A DNA stretch of 64,000 nt from Candidatus Aenigmatarchaeota archaeon (GCA_032249395.1 JAVVFY010000001.1:77476-141475), one strand, 5' to 3'. Numbered from the stretch's first letter, positions 37,522 through 49,100 are shown. Made by a program: numbers and translations. The notes: generated by a model not told the origin, from the letters alone.

Positions 37522-38391
37522 CTACTCCCAGAATGGTTGGGCTCTTTTTATTAAGAATAGAAATAATGTAGAAATAGAGGGAAGAAATACGAAAATCATA
37601 AAAAGTTGTAAGCCTAGCACGTTTTGAGCTTCTCCTAAAGCTGCAACTACTGAAGTTAAAATTATGAAAAATATGGTCCCCAAGAAGACTGCGACTAAAT
37701 ATATCTCTGTGTAGATTGTCATCGAATGAGAAAATTCTGAAAGCTTCCTTCTGTACTCAATAAAGAAATCTGTCGTCCTTTCTTTAACAAAGGTATAAAT
37801 ATTTCCCCCACTTCTCATAGTTGCTAAAATTCCATATAGAAATTCTCTAAATTTTCTAGAGGGGGTCCTATTAATTGCTCTTTCTAGTGCAGTTTCAATG
37901 TCTAGACCAAAAAATTCGATGTCATTAACGATTTTTTTTATTTCTTCGTATATTGCTTCATGTTGACTAAATTCAGTATATGTTTTTATAGCTTTGTGGA
38001 GCGGTAAACCAGAGCTTAATATTGAGGAAAGATACAAAGAAGAAAATGGCAAATATTTGTCGATCTCCTTTTCCCTGTTTTTTATTATCCTTTTTGGATA
38101 ATTCAGATATATAATAAAAACAATTATCGGCAAGATTATTGTTAATGTTATAGATGTTAGATAGCCAAAAAGAAAAGAACCAAAAGTAAACGAAATAGAA
38201 AAAGATACTACAGGAAGAATAAGCATGAAAGTAATAAGGCTTGCGAATAGAGCGTTTGCAAGGTATTCTTGAGGAGAGATTTTTAAGTCGGCTCTTTTTA
38301 ATTCTTCTTTTAAGAATGGAAAATAGGGCTCTATTTTTTTTGCTAAGTCTCCAAAAAGTCTAAAGGCGTATCTAGAAAACATGTTAGTCAC
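37522..38391 (-). CDS. Type II/IV secretion platform membrane protein (TadB/C-like)
   Basis: IDKYLPF, SSGLP, RTPS..F.EFL..SGG. Confidence 0.85.
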   Translation of the reverse strand: MTNMFSRYAFRLFGDLAKKIEPYFPFLKEELKRADLKISPQEYLANALFASLITFMLILPVVSFSISFTFGSFLFGYLTSITLTIILPIIVFIIYLNYPKRIIKNREKEIDKYLPFSSLYLSSILSSGLPLHKAIKTYTEFSQHEAIYEEIKKIVNDIEFFGLDIETALERAINRTPSRKFREFLYGILATMRSGGNIYTFVKERTTDFFIEYRRKLSEFSHSMTIYTEIYLVAVFLGTIFFIILTSVVAALGEAQNVLGLQLFMIFVFLPSISTLFLFLIKRAQPFWE

Positions 38392-40171
38392 TTTCTACTA
38401 AAGCTAAAACTCTATTTGGCATTGTATAATATGCAGAAATTATGGCGTAGACATCTTTAAAATCAACTATGTTTTTTTCTTTCATCCATTTTAAAATCGC
38501 TACTCTTCTTTGAAATTCATCAATAACTTCTTTTTCTTTTAATCCAGTTGTTTGGGAAATTTTCTTCAAAATAGCGCTCTTTTCTCCTATTTCGAACGCG
38601 TCTTTAAACGGATCCCATTTAAAAACATAATTAATAATTGGCGATTTTTCTCCTGGTGGGAAGCCAATCATTTCTATCACTTCTGTAACTCTTCTTACAA
38701 ACTTTTCTTTATATCTTATTCTTTGCATAAAAACAACAATATCCAAACTTCCTATTAGACCTTCAGGCAGTGAGATTGGAGGAGATGTTAATCTATCTAT
38801 TAATTTTTGGAAGTTTTCTGCATGTATTGTTGCTAAGGAGGGATGTCCGCTAGCCATTTGTTGGAATAAAACGTATGCTTCCTGCCCTCTAACCTCTCCC
38901 AGAACTATGTAGTCTGGTCTTTGTCTCAGACTTTCTTTTAGCAACTGGAACAAATCTATTTCGCCCTCTTTTCCTGTAGAAATTGGAGTTCTTGCTACAT
39001 GAGAAATCCAGTGAGGATGAGGCAAAACCACTTCTGCGGTATCTTCTATCGAAATTATCTTCTTTTCTGGTCTTATGAAAAGCGATAAAACGTTTAGCAT
39101 GGTTGTTTTTCCACTTGCCGTACCTCCAGCAATTAATATACTTCTACCATAATCAACTGCTAACCAAAGGTAAGCTAAAACTCTTTCATCTACTGTTCCA
39201 AAATTTATTAGATGAATAGGTGTTAGAGGCTCCTCCATGAATTTTCTTATGGTGAAATTGCTTCCTCTTCTAGCTATGTCGGTGGCTAAAGTTGCTTGCA
39301 GTCTAGAACCATCCGGCAAAGTACCATTAACTAAAGGTTGTGAAATTGATACAGATTTCCCGGCTAGTTGAGCAAGTTTTATTATAAATGAGTCAAGTTC
39401 CTCGGCGTCTTCAAATATTATGTTCGTCTCAACAGAACCGACTCTAGGATTCCTGTGGAAAACAAAAATTGGTATGTTTACCCCATCGCAACTAATGTCT
39501 TCAATGTTCGGGTCTTTCATCAATGCTTCAATTTTTCCCAAACCAATAAAATCTCTTTCAACATAATATCTTACAATTTCCACTTCTTCTTGAGAAAGTT
39601 TAAACTTGAAATATTTAATAACATCTTCTATATGAACTTTTAAATATTCTTTCGCTCTAACTAAATTTAGTTTTGATAAATCTACATCAAGTCGTTGCTC
39701 TATAAGATCTTTAACTTTTTTAATTATCTCTTTCATTCTTTCATCTAGCTTCGGTTCTACAAGCTCATAAATGTATCTTTGCTTTCTTTTATCCCAGTAT
39801 ATTCTTGCGTAGGCAAAAACTTTTTCTCCAGCTTTCGGCTCTCTTGGTATTAATGGATAGGAAAGTGAAAATTCCTCAGGTTGAATAAAGGGAGGTGGAG
39901 ATGGTGTTACTTTAAGTTGTTTGGGTATCTGTATTCCTTCTATTTCAATTTTTGTTTTTCCTTCGTCCTTTTTTTCAATTCCAGTTTCTATCGGTATATA
40001 AATAGGTATTGTTGCAGGTGAGACAAGAGGAGAAATCTTTACGGGTAGATATAACTCTTTTTCTTCTTGCTCTTTCTTTTTTTCATTTTCTTCTTTTTCC
40101 TGTGAGATTTTTTCCCATCCCTCGATTGCTTTTTTAAAAAATTTTCGCATCGCTAACTTCATTTTATCCAC
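38384..40171 (-). CDS. Type IV pilus assembly ATPase (TadA/FlaI-like)
   Basis: IEDISCDG, LPDGSR, GGTASGKT, IEDT, LRQRPD..GEVRG, ATIHA. Confidence 0.93.
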   Translation of the reverse strand: MDKMKLAMRKFFKKAIEGWEKISQEKEENEKKKEQEEKELYLPVKISPLVSPATIPIYIPIETGIEKKDEGKTKIEIEGIQIPKQLKVTPSPPPFIQPEEFSLSYPLIPREPKAGEKVFAYARIYWDKRKQRYIYELVEPKLDERMKEIIKKVKDLIEQRLDVDLSKLNLVRAKEYLKVHIEDVIKYFKFKLSQEEVEIVRYYVERDFIGLGKIEALMKDPNIEDISCDGVNIPIFVFHRNPRVGSVETNIIFEDAEELDSFIIKLAQLAGKSVSISQPLVNGTLPDGSRLQATLATDIARRGSNFTIRKFMEEPLTPIHLINFGTVDERVLAYLWLAVDYGRSILIAGGTASGKTTMLNVLSLFIRPEKKIISIEDTAEVVLPHPHWISHVARTPISTGKEGEIDLFQLLKESLRQRPDYIVLGEVRGQEAYVLFQQMASGHPSLATIHAENFQKLIDRLTSPPISLPEGLIGSLDIVVFMQRIRYKEKFVRRVTEVIEMIGFPPGEKSPIINYVFKWDPFKDAFEIGEKSAILKKISQTTGLKEKEVIDEFQRRVAILKWMKEKNIVDFKDVYAIISAYYTMPNRVLALVESD

Positions 40172-40622
40172 CTATTTTGAATTTATTTTCAGTTTTATTA
40201 AAATAGAAGTTGACTATTGATGTTTTGTTTAAATCATGAATAGAATATGTTTCGCCTGTAGAATAAAATCCGATAAAGTCAACTGTTAAATTAAGGTTAT
40301 GTGAAGATACGAAAGTTTGTTTTTGAAGTGGCATGCTTCTAACGTAAATTAGTTTATTCGTCGCATTAATTTCATGAAAGTTGTCAAACACTTGGTAAGG
40401 TATTCCATATGATACCTTTGAATAATTGCAATACTTACAACCTGCATAGGTATAAATTAAAAAAGCAGAAGTATAAGAAGATAGCAACTCTCTAAAATAA
40501 GATAAAAGCCTATCTTTTGATGATAGAGAGAATGAGAAAATGTAATTAGAGACTATGGCAAATATAGAAATAGAAATTACTAAGTAGAGCATGAAATTAA
40601 TAACTTGAGTCTGAGCCTTCAT
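40164..40622 (-). CDS. Pilin-like protein
   Basis: MKAQ class III-like signal plus hydrophobic helix. Confidence 0.65.
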   Translation of the reverse strand: MKAQTQVINFMLYLVISISIFAIVSNYIFSFSLSSKDRLLSYFRELLSSYTSAFLIYTYAGCKYCNYSKVSYGIPYQVFDNFHEINATNKLIYVRSMPLQKQTFVSSHNLNLTVDFIGFYSTGETYSIHDLNKTSIVNFYFNKTENKFKIGG

Positions 40623-41251
40623 GATATTTCTATTTTAACTTTTGTTACTATAAAATTTTCATTCTTTTCTATGTTTTCTCTACTAATCCTAATGGTCTTT
40701 CCAGTGCTAGTTTGTTTAATTCCAGTTGGTGAAACTAATTGTATAGAATAGACTTCTCCTGTTGGAGACGTCAAGTTCCTAAAATGCACAAAATAAGTTA
40801 TGTTGAAACCGTTAAACACAGAGTCTCCTTTAAGGCAGACGACAGAAAAAGAATCTTTTCCTACAGTTCCTGTTGTGGGCGGACATGAGGCTCCAGAAGT
40901 TAAAGATATAGGTTCGCTAACGTTAATATTAGTTACCCTTGAAAAAAACGAAAATACTATTGAATTGTTAAAAGGAGAATTATCATTAAAAGGGTAAACT
41001 TCCCATATTCCTTGAGTATCTAAAGTTAAAACTTCGGTAGAACCGGTATTAGCTACAAACTCTATTTTTCTAGGCAAAGAATTATGATTATAATAGTCAA
41101 AGAAACTTATAGTTCTTTCTAACATAGACCTATCTTGAGACTTTTGAAGAAGCGGCAACCCATAAAGATAGGCGGCAGAAATTAATCCGATAGAAATAGC
41201 TACAATCATAACTACTGAAATTATTTCTGCGACCGCCTTTATTCTAACCAC
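40619..41251 (-). CDS. Pilin-like protein
   Basis: KA|VAEIISVVMIVAISIGL..YGLPLL. Confidence 0.7.
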   Translation of the reverse strand: MVRIKAVAEIISVVMIVAISIGLISAAYLYGLPLLQKSQDRSMLERTISFFDYYNHNSLPRKIEFVANTGSTEVLTLDTQGIWEVYPFNDNSPFNNSIVFSFFSRVTNINVSEPISLTSGASCPPTTGTVGKDSFSVVCLKGDSVFNGFNITYFVHFRNLTSPTGEVYSIQLVSPTGIKQTSTGKTIRISRENIEKNENFIVTKVKIEIS

Positions 41252-41261
41252 CTCTTTTTAT

Positions 41262-41747
41262 TTATTGTGTAGAAGGTATCTTTGGTATTGTTGGTGGTTT
41301 TGGAGGTATTGGTAATGGAGGTTTTGATAATTTTTTAGAAATATCTTCAAGTAGAGCTATTAACGCTTCATTATTTTCCAATATTTTGTTATTTATTTCG
41401 GCTAGTTTTTCTATTTTTTCAATTAGTGGCTTATTGTCTATGGTTGGTCTTGTTTCTTCCTCCCCAGCGGCTTTAATTAATTCAAGTAGCTCATCTATCT
41501 TTTTAGTCAATTCTTCTATTTTTAATGGGAGTTTAGAAAGTTCTATTCTTAAAGAATCATTAGCTTTTATTAAAGCATCTACAATTTCTTGGTTCATCCT
41601 TATTATTTGAATAATTTCTCTATAAAGTTCTCTTTCGTTTATTGATGCTTTTTTTTCAAGTTCTTCTATTCTTCTTTCCAACCTTCTCAAAGGAGTCAAA
41701 GGAATTAATTCAAATTCTTCTTGAGTTTTTTCGTTTTCAGCTTCCAT
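41262..41747 (-). CDS. Hypothetical coiled-coil protein with proline-rich tail
   Basis: Heptad repeats; PPLPIPPKPP. Confidence 0.65.
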   Translation of the reverse strand: MEAENEKTQEEFELIPLTPLRRLERRIEELEKKASINERELYREIIQIIRMNQEIVDALIKANDSLRIELSKLPLKIEELTKKIDELLELIKAAGEEETRPTIDNKPLIEKIEKLAEINNKILENNEALIALLEDISKKLSKPPLPIPPKPPTIPKIPSTQ

Positions 41748-41810
41748 AAATCTAATTAATTTACACTAATTTAAATATTGATTAAAAAAGAAAAAAAAGA
41801 GAATTAAAAT

Positions 41811-43475
41811 TTAATATTCTTCGCTAGGAGTTTCTGATTTTTTATCCTTGCCCTTTTCTTCTTTACCTAGTTTACTTGCCGCTATAATATCATCAATCCT
41901 TAAAATCATTTCAGCCGCTTCTGCAGCACTTTTTATAGCTTGGGATTTCACTTTTAGTGGCTCTATTATTCCAGCTTCCAAAGCATCAACTATTTTTCCT
42001 GTAAAAACATCAACTCCATAAGTTGTTTTTCCTTGTTCGTGAGCAGCTCTTAATTCAACTAAAATATCTATTGGATCTAACCCAGCATTTTCTGCTAAAG
42101 TTCTTGGAATTATTTCTAAAGCATTTGCAAATTCCTGAATTGCAAGTTGTTCTCTACCAGAGAACTTTTCAGCAAACTCTCTTATCCTTTTTGCCAATTC
42201 TTCTTCAATAGCCCCAGCTCCAGGCACTATTTTACCGCTTTCTAAGGCAGATATCAAAGCTCCTATTCCATCTTCAACATTTCTGTCAATTTCATCAACA
42301 ACGTGTTCTGTACTTCCTCTAACCAAAATTGTTACTGCTTTTGGGTTTTTGCAACCAGTAACAAAAGTCATTGCTTCTCCAGCAATCTTTCTTTCTTCTA
42401 CTAATTCTGCATAACCTAGGTCTTTTTCTGTCAAATCATCAAGGTTGCTAACAATTCTTGCTCCAGTAGCCTTTGCTAAAGCTTCTAGATCAGAACGCTT
42501 AATTCTTCTGCAGGCAGCAATTCCTTTCTTAGCTAAGTAGTGTTGAACTAAATCATCGATTCCCTTCTCGCAGAAAACTACATTCGCTCCAACTGAAGCA
42601 ATTTTATTTACCATTTCTTTCAACATTTTTTGTTCTTGCTCCAAGAAAGCTTGTAGTTGTTCAGGTGAGGTTATTCTTATTTGAGCGTCAGTTTCCGTTT
42701 TCTCAATCTCTAGTGGACAATCTAGCAATGCAATTTTTGCATTTTTAATGGTTTTTGGCATTTGTGGGTGAACTATTTCTTTATCAACGATTATTCCTTT
42801 TACAAGTTGGGTTTCCTCTACAGAAGCCCCATGTTTCTTTACTCTTTTTATATTGTCTTTATCAATTTTTATTTTTCCATCCTTTACTTCTGCTACGCTT
42901 CTAACAGCTTCAATTAACAACTCTGCTATCTTTGGTGCTGCTTCTTTTCCAGATTTTCCGGACATGGATGTAACTACAATTTTCTTAAGAGTTTCTGTAT
43001 CATCTATGTTTATTGGAATAGCAAGCTCATCCAATACTCTTAATGCTTCTTCTTTAGCAAGTTGATAACCTTTAGTTATTACTGTTGGATGAATTTCTTG
43101 ATCTAGCAAACTTTCTGCTCTTTTTAATAGCTCTCCTGCAAGAATTACAGCACTTGTTGTTCCATCTCCAACTTCTTCATTTTGAGTTTTGGCAACTTCT
43201 ACCATCATCTTTGCCGCTGGATGTTCAACCTCCATTTCTTGGAGAATTGTTACTCCGTCGTTTGTTATTGTAATGTCGCCAATAGAATCTACTAACATTT
43301 TGTCCATTCCTTTTGGTCCTAGAGTAGTTCTAACAATATCTGCTATTGCTTTGGCTGCAGCTATGTTAGCCTTTTGCGCATCTCTTCCTGTAGATCTAAC
43401 AGTTCCTTCCGGAAGTATTAATACAGGCTGACCGCCTATTTGAGCTATATATGCTTGTTGAGGCATCTCCATCAC
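41811..43475 (-). CDS. ths: Thermosome subunit (group II chaperonin)
   Basis: [25 protein letters not shown]. Confidence 0.97.
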   Translation of the reverse strand: MMEMPQQAYIAQIGGQPVLILPEGTVRSTGRDAQKANIAAAKAIADIVRTTLGPKGMDKMLVDSIGDITITNDGVTILQEMEVEHPAAKMMVEVAKTQNEEVGDGTTSAVILAGELLKRAESLLDQEIHPTVITKGYQLAKEEALRVLDELAIPINIDDTETLKKIVVTSMSGKSGKEAAPKIAELLIEAVRSVAEVKDGKIKIDKDNIKRVKKHGASVEETQLVKGIIVDKEIVHPQMPKTIKNAKIALLDCPLEIEKTETDAQIRITSPEQLQAFLEQEQKMLKEMVNKIASVGANVVFCEKGIDDLVQHYLAKKGIAACRRIKRSDLEALAKATGARIVSNLDDLTEKDLGYAELVEERKIAGEAMTFVTGCKNPKAVTILVRGSTEHVVDEIDRNVEDGIGALISALESGKIVPGAGAIEEELAKRIREFAEKFSGREQLAIQEFANALEIIPRTLAENAGLDPIDILVELRAAHEQGKTTYGVDVFTGKIVDALEAGIIEPLKVKSQAIKSAAEAAEMILRIDDIIAASKLGKEEKGKDKKSETPSEEY

Positions 43476-43573
43476 CTTCTAACATTTAGCTTATAATTTG
43501 ACTCAATAAAAGGTTATTCATCTAAAATTATTATGTAATGTTAAGTTTAAAAGCTTTAGGTGGAATTTTTAAA

Positions 43574-43858
43574 ATGGAATTCTATAAGCCAAGAAAAATA
43601 GCTTCTATAGAAAAAGATGATAACAAGTTTTGCTTGTTAGGAGTGGTCGAAGAGACAGGTGAAGGATACTTTATACTTTCCGATGAAACAGGAAAAGTTA
43701 AAGTGAATAGTAATTTTAAAGTTAACAAAGGTATGCTTGTTAAAGTTTTCTGTAGCAAGTTGGATGAAGAAATATTTGCAGATTTCATTCAAAATAAAGA
43801 AGGCTTGGACTTGAATCTTTGGAAGAAAGCGGAAAGCTTATATTTAAGGCTTATATAA
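43574..43858 (+). CDS. Small OB-fold protein (RPA14/RPA3-like)
   Basis: LLGVV..LSDETGKV..VKVF..IFADFIQ..LDL.L. Confidence 0.6.
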   Translation: MEFYKPRKIASIEKDDNKFCLLGVVEETGEGYFILSDETGKVKVNSNFKVNKGMLVKVFCSKLDEEIFADFIQNKEGLDLNLWKKAESLYLRLI

Positions 43859-43875
43859 CTTAATATGGTGGTTGA

Positions 43876-44619
43876 ATGAAAGTAACGATAGCCGAGCCTG
43901 AGATCCTTATAACTAGCGTTTCTACTGCAGCAGAAATAATTGATGAGGGAATTTTTAAGTTTGGAAAAGAAGGAATTAGCTTGACTGCAGCAGATAGAGC
44001 AATGGTTGCTGTTATAGATCTATTAATTTCTAAAGACGCGTTTGAAGAGTATGACGTTGTTGAAGAAAAAGAGATAGGAGTGAACATGACAAATTTATTA
44101 TCTTTGCTAAAAAGAGCAAGAGGTTCTGATAAAATTAGTTTGGAGTTTGCTGAAAATAGATTAATTCTTACTATTTACAATAGTACAAAAAGAAGATTTA
44201 CAATACCTATTCTTCAGCTAACTAGAGAAGAGATTCCTCCAATAGATCAATTAGAATTTAAAGCTAGCGTGACCTTAAAGCCAGATATTTTAGAAGATGC
44301 GATAAAAGATGCAAGTATTATAACAGACGCTATAACATTTCAAGCAACCAAAAATTTATTTAAAATAAGTGCAGAGGGCGATGTTAGTCAGAGCGAGTTA
44401 GAGTTGATGCCTGGCGATGAAGGTTTGGTAGACCTTCAAGTTAAAGAAGATAGCAAAGCAAAATATCCTTTAGACTATTTAGAGAAAATATTGAAAGCAG
44501 CAAAAATTTCTGATGAAGTCAATTTAAAGTTCGCGCAGGACTATCCAATGAGAATTGATTTTAAGTATGAAGGAAAAGCAAGAATTTCAATGGTTCTAGC
44601 TCCTAGAGTGAGTGAGTAA
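43876..44619 (+). CDS. pcn: PCNA sliding clamp
   Basis: DRAMVA, GVN, YPLDYL, DYPM, LAPR. Confidence 0.95.
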   Translation: MKVTIAEPEILITSVSTAAEIIDEGIFKFGKEGISLTAADRAMVAVIDLLISKDAFEEYDVVEEKEIGVNMTNLLSLLKRARGSDKISLEFAENRLILTIYNSTKRRFTIPILQLTREEIPPIDQLEFKASVTLKPDILEDAIKDASIITDAITFQATKNLFKISAEGDVSQSELELMPGDEGLVDLQVKEDSKAKYPLDYLEKILKAAKISDEVNLKFAQDYPMRIDFKYEGKARISMVLAPRVSE

Positions 44620-44986
44620 AGTAGAATTTTTTTAAGAAACTTTAATTTCATTGCAAATCGAGGTGCAAAAGATAACCTCTATTCAAAGGGCTTTTCTGAA
44701 AATTTTTGAAACCTGTTAAAGAAATTCCTTACTTTTTGAGGTTAAATATAATTATATTTGTTCAGATAAACACCTATAGAAACATCACTCGTAACGTGTC
44801 ACTAATTACTTTAAATAGTTTAATATCAACCACTATCTACATATAATTATGTATCGTGTATTTAAAAGCTTTTCGGCCTATATGCTTATAGACTCTACTA
44901 GCAGAAATGGAAAACAAAAATCTACTTAAATTTGTTCCAACTTTTATCTCAAAATCGTAAATAAATACATATAAAAAATAAAAAAT

Positions 44987-45412
44987 TTATCGCTTCGATC
45001 TTTGTTTATGTCTCCTACTCCCGCGTTTACTAGCTCCCTTTCCGCTTGCGTGATGCGGCTCATTCCTTCTTGGATCATAAACTAAAAGGTTTCTATCATA
45101 CTCCAAAAACTTTTGCTTGAGTTTCTTGTCTTTTGAATATCTAACTAACGCTTTAGCAATCGCCTGTCTAACAGCTTCCGCTTGCCCAACAATCCCTCCA
45201 CTTCTAACATTAACATGAATATCAACTGCTTTAGCTAAATCGCCAGCTAAAATCAAAGGCTCTTTAACCCAAAGTCTTAAAACAGGAGTACCCCAAAAAT
45301 CTAAAGGCTTAGAATTAATGAAAACTTTACCTGTTCCTTCTTTAATAACAGCTCTAGCTATGGCAAGCCTTCTTTTTCCAACTTCTAATATCGTTTTCTC
45401 TTTCTTCACCAT
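44987..45412 (-). CDS. rps9: 30S ribosomal protein S9
   Basis: GKR..AIARA, GGIVGQAEA, YDRNLLVYDPRR. Confidence 0.95.
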   Translation of the reverse strand: MVKKEKTILEVGKRRLAIARAVIKEGTGKVFINSKPLDFWGTPVLRLWVKEPLILAGDLAKAVDIHVNVRSGGIVGQAEAVRQAIAKALVRYSKDKKLKQKFLEYDRNLLVYDPRRNEPHHASGKGASKRGSRRHKQRSKR

Positions 45413-45828
45413 CTTTTTTCAGCCCCGAGCATTACAGACAAATCACCAAGTGTAATATATTTACATTTAAGCTTACTTACATCTGCTTCTTCTATTCTAA
45501 TTTTCTCCTTGTTCTTAAATTCTTCTGGCTCACCAATATAAACTTTAAGCCTTCTATAAGCTTTTCTTCCCTTATCCTTATGCCAAGGCAACATTCCTCT
45601 AACAATTCTTCTTAAAATTAAATCCGGATATCTTGGATAAAAAGGTCCCTTTTTTGGATCCCCCCTGTCTCTTTTTTGTTTGAATTCTCTAAATTTCATT
45701 TTTGGATTTCCGGATAATACGGCTTTTTCGGCATTAACAATCACAACTTGTTCACCATTAAGCAAATCTTTTGCTACATAACTTGCTAGTCTTCCGGCGA
45801 TTTGATTTGTGGCATCGTATATCTTCAT
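45406..45828 (-). CDS. rpl13: 50S ribosomal protein L13
   Basis: GRLAS, VNAEK, GPFYPR, VRGMLP. Confidence 0.95.
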   Translation of the reverse strand: MKIYDATNQIAGRLASYVAKDLLNGEQVVIVNAEKAVLSGNPKMKFREFKQKRDRGDPKKGPFYPRYPDLILRRIVRGMLPWHKDKGRKAYRRLKVYIGEPEEFKNKEKIRIEEADVSKLKCKYITLGDLSVMLGAEKRW

Positions 45829-45830
45829 GT

Positions 45831-46196
45831 TCACACCATTATTCTAACATTGCTTCCTTTTGGATTTTCTTTAAGCAATTCTTCAATAGAAATTGCTCTC
45901 GAGCCTGCTTTTTCAATTTTTTGCCTGGCTTTAGCAGAGAATCTCCACGCAGCTATAGTTACTTTCTTTTTCAACTCACCTTCACTCAAAACGACCCCCG
46001 GAACAACAATTGTTTCCCCATCTTTTGCTTCTCTTTCTATGTGTTTAAGATTTATCTCGGCTCTTCTTCTTGTTGGTCTCTCAAGAATTTCTGCTACTCT
46101 TTTCCAAATTTTTGCATTTTCCTCTAAAGATTTCTTTTTAAGTTCCTCAATAAGCCTTTTCAACATGGGATTTGTCGGTCCAGTTCTTTTTACCAT
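45831..46196 (-). CDS. rpl18e: 50S ribosomal protein L18e
   Basis: TGPTNP, IW.RVAE.L.RP.RRR, VVPG.VL. Confidence 0.95.
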   Translation of the reverse strand: MVKRTGPTNPMLKRLIEELKKKSLEENAKIWKRVAEILERPTRRRAEINLKHIEREAKDGETIVVPGVVLSEGELKKKVTIAAWRFSAKARQKIEKAGSRAISIEELLKENPKGSNVRIMV

Positions 46197-46228
46197 AAGC
46201 TTTAATTTTTGATTTTAAGATTTAAAAA

Positions 46229-47098
46229 TTAAGCTACCCTTATAGCTTCGCTTAGTCTAAAAAGAAGTCTAACAATTTCCTTCCAATTTTCTATGTTATG
46301 TGTGTGATCTTCTAAAACCCTTTTTCTAAACTTTGCTTCAACCACCTCGCAACCCTTAGCAACTTCTTCAAAACCTTTTTTATATTTATTCAAGGATAAA
46401 CCTACGCTTCTAATCCTATCCGCACTTTCTTCTAGTTTTTGTTGAAGGTAATTCAAATCGATATTATCATTTGATACTGATGCAAAGAAGGCTCTTTTTA
46501 TTCTTTCACCATTATAAGTTAGTGGACTAATATGTGTAGCCAACTGGGTTTCTAGCGGTAGTGAATGAATATATCCTATTGTTGCGCGTTTCATAAAATC
46601 TTCTTCGTATAAAGAAATTGGACCTATTCCAGTTTCTATGTCAAAAATATCCAGCTTTTCTAATTCAATATGAGAACTTATTTTAATTGGATAAATGAGG
46701 AGTATATAAGCTTCAAAAGGAGAATGTACTATCTCGTAATTATTACTAACTATTCCTCGAATTCGTTTCTCTTTTTCGATGAGTCTTTCTTTTTTTATTC
46801 TAAAACCTTCAAAGTTACTAATAGAAGAAACAGCTAAATCTATATCATAAGATAAATTTATCCATGGTCTATAAGAAGAATGAATAAAAGATTTTATACC
46901 AATGTTACCTACATATCCGTAAATACTGCCCTTTAAGATACCTAACTCATTAATAGTCCAAGTCGCTACGACCTCCCCTTTACTTAAGGCGGTTTCTTCC
47001 AAAACTTTTGAAACTATGGATTGGGATGCTATTTTGTGATATAAACTTCTACTAATTGTTTGGTCATGCGATTTCATATAATTTCCTCTAAACAACAT
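46229..47098 (-). CDS. Hypothetical protein, possible nucleotidyltransferase (AbiEii-like)
   Basis: LKGS...R...SYDID motif. Confidence 0.45.
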   Translation of the reverse strand: MLFRGNYMKSHDQTISRSLYHKIASQSIVSKVLEETALSKGEVVATWTINELGILKGSIYGYVGNIGIKSFIHSSYRPWINLSYDIDLAVSSISNFEGFRIKKERLIEKEKRIRGIVSNNYEIVHSPFEAYILLIYPIKISSHIELEKLDIFDIETGIGPISLYEEDFMKRATIGYIHSLPLETQLATHISPLTYNGERIKRAFFASVSNDNIDLNYLQQKLEESADRIRSVGLSLNKYKKGFEEVAKGCEVVEAKFRKRVLEDHTHNIENWKEIVRLLFRLSEAIRVA

Positions 47099-47482
47099 TT
47101 AAAAGCTCAAACTATGTAGTTTTGAAAGGTGATTTAAACTTGTAGAGTTTAATTTCTTTATCTCAAAAAGATCTTCATTTTTAGCTTTTTGCTCAAAATG
47201 TTTTTTTCGCTTATAAAAGTTGTTACTCTTCATTATTAAAGCTTCTAATTCTTGTTCTGATTTATTTTTTATCAAGTCAAAACTGTTTTGTTATTCTAAT
47301 TGCCTCTTTCCCCGTCTTATACTTTTTCTATTTTTTAGTTTTAAAAAATGTGTTAGTTTGATTTTTTATTTTTGTGGCGAATTTTTTGTGTCATTTCCAT
47401 AGGCATCAAAATATTAAACTACTACTTTTTATAAGTATTTTTAACTTTCTCATTCATACGGCTCATCGTGGTATTTGTAAAT

Positions 47483-48037
47483 TTAGTATCTTGCTAGGTA
47501 TAGATACCTTGTTTTTTCTATTATTTCTTTAACAGCTATTTTTAAGTCGCGTAGATCTTTTTCCATTCTTTTAATATAGTAGTGTTGATGCTTTCCCTCA
47601 ACAGAAAAAACAATGCTATAGAAAGGTAGTTTAATATGCTCAGGAAGATTATGTAGAACGTTACTATATTTTTTAACTATTTTTGAAACTATACTATATA
47701 CTTTGTTTAGAGTTTTATCAGGACTGTAACCTTTTCTGCTGCACTCTTCTAGTAGGTAATCGAGCTCATGTATATGGTGCAAAAATTGGTTTGGAAGATT
47801 ATATAACTTATCGTAGAAGTCTTTTTCTTTTCTTTCACTTATTATTCTGGCCAAATATAAAGTAATAAAAGGTACGCAAAAAATAAGCAACACTGTAAAA
47901 TAATTTTTTGTAACAATTGTATAAGATGAAGTATTTGGCTTAATAAAATATAAAAGAACAAAGATATAGCTAAAGCAAAAAAATAGAAAAAATAAAACAA
48001 AAATTCTAGGCTTCATACTATATATTGAAGTGTTCAA
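47483..48037 (-). CDS. Hypothetical two-TM membrane protein
   Basis: Two N-terminal hydrophobic helices and a soluble tail. Confidence 0.55.
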   Translation of the reverse strand: MNTSIYSMKPRIFVLFFLFFCFSYIFVLLYFIKPNTSSYTIVTKNYFTVLLIFCVPFITLYLARIISERKEKDFYDKLYNLPNQFLHHIHELDYLLEECSRKGYSPDKTLNKVYSIVSKIVKKYSNVLHNLPEHIKLPFYSIVFSVEGKHQHYYIKRMEKDLRDLKIAVKEIIEKTRYLYLARY

Positions 48038-48071
48038 TAAAATCTTAAATTTGTTTGTTCATACTTAACAA

Positions 48072-49100
48072 ATGTACTCAAAAGTGCGCAATAATGAAGA
48101 TGAAATTTATGATAATCTTGAGACAGAATTGATAGAGAGAATAAGAAGACTTCAATATGAGTATACTAGAAGCGAGGAGAAGAAGAAAGAATTTGTTGAT
48201 AGTTTAAAAGAGTTAATAAGTATTTTAGGAAATAGAGGCGATTATCATGGTCTAATAGAAATTGCACAAGGAATATACGAAGAAGTTCATCATATACCAC
48301 AAGAAATAAGAGAAGAAGCAGCATATTTAGCTAGTGATATGGTATCTAGCATAGGTCGTTGTGATATTTTAGTCCAACACATTTTTATTAACAGTGGATA
48401 TCCCAAAGAGAATAGAGTTAAAAAATACTATTTGAGTATTTGCCTAGAAAATGTCGCACTTAAAGGAGATCATCTTCACCTTGTGAAGTATTTAGAAGAT
48501 CCTAATATAAATATATATTTAGACCAACAAACACAAGATAAAGCTAGAGAAATATTACTTCCAAATGCAATAAAGGAGGATATTATTAAGAGTTTAGAAG
48601 ATGGTGATTTCATACGTCTTACTCGGATTGCAAGCGGAAGTTATAATTATATTCCACAAAGTCTTAGAGAGTTAGCACGAAAAAGTATAGAATCGGCAGC
48701 TAGTAGAAAGTTAGAACTTTTAAAGGAAAAAGTTAGAAGCCATCCAGAAACTATAGAGACATTCCACTCGTTATTATACCTTTTATTCAATCCATATATT
48801 CCTCAATATTTCAAAGAAAAGTTTCTAGAAGAAATAATCTCCGGACCTTATGAAGTAAAATCAAAAATAAAAGATTTTCTAAAAGAATTACAAAATATTG
48901 TTGAAAAATATAGAAGAAGTTGCTCAGAGGATAACAGGGTAAATCGTTGTTTGAAGAATATAGCTCGAGAGCTGTTTCAAAAATACGATTATACGAGTTT
49001 GTGGTCTGATTTGGATTCCATTTACGAGTATACTAAAGATGAACTTACTAGAGTTTTTGATGAATTAGAAAGTTTAATAAAAAATTATGAAAGTTTGTAA
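48072..49100 (+). CDS. Hypothetical alpha-helical repeat protein
   Basis: Repeated GDxxxLxxIAxG..IPQx(I/L)RE.A. Confidence 0.6.
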   Translation: MYSKVRNNEDEIYDNLETELIERIRRLQYEYTRSEEKKKEFVDSLKELISILGNRGDYHGLIEIAQGIYEEVHHIPQEIREEAAYLASDMVSSIGRCDILVQHIFINSGYPKENRVKKYYLSICLENVALKGDHLHLVKYLEDPNINIYLDQQTQDKAREILLPNAIKEDIIKSLEDGDFIRLTRIASGSYNYIPQSLRELARKSIESAASRKLELLKEKVRSHPETIETFHSLLYLLFNPYIPQYFKEKFLEEIISGPYEVKSKIKDFLKELQNIVEKYRRSCSEDNRVNRCLKNIARELFQKYDYTSLWSDLDSIYEYTKDELTRVFDELESLIKNYESL

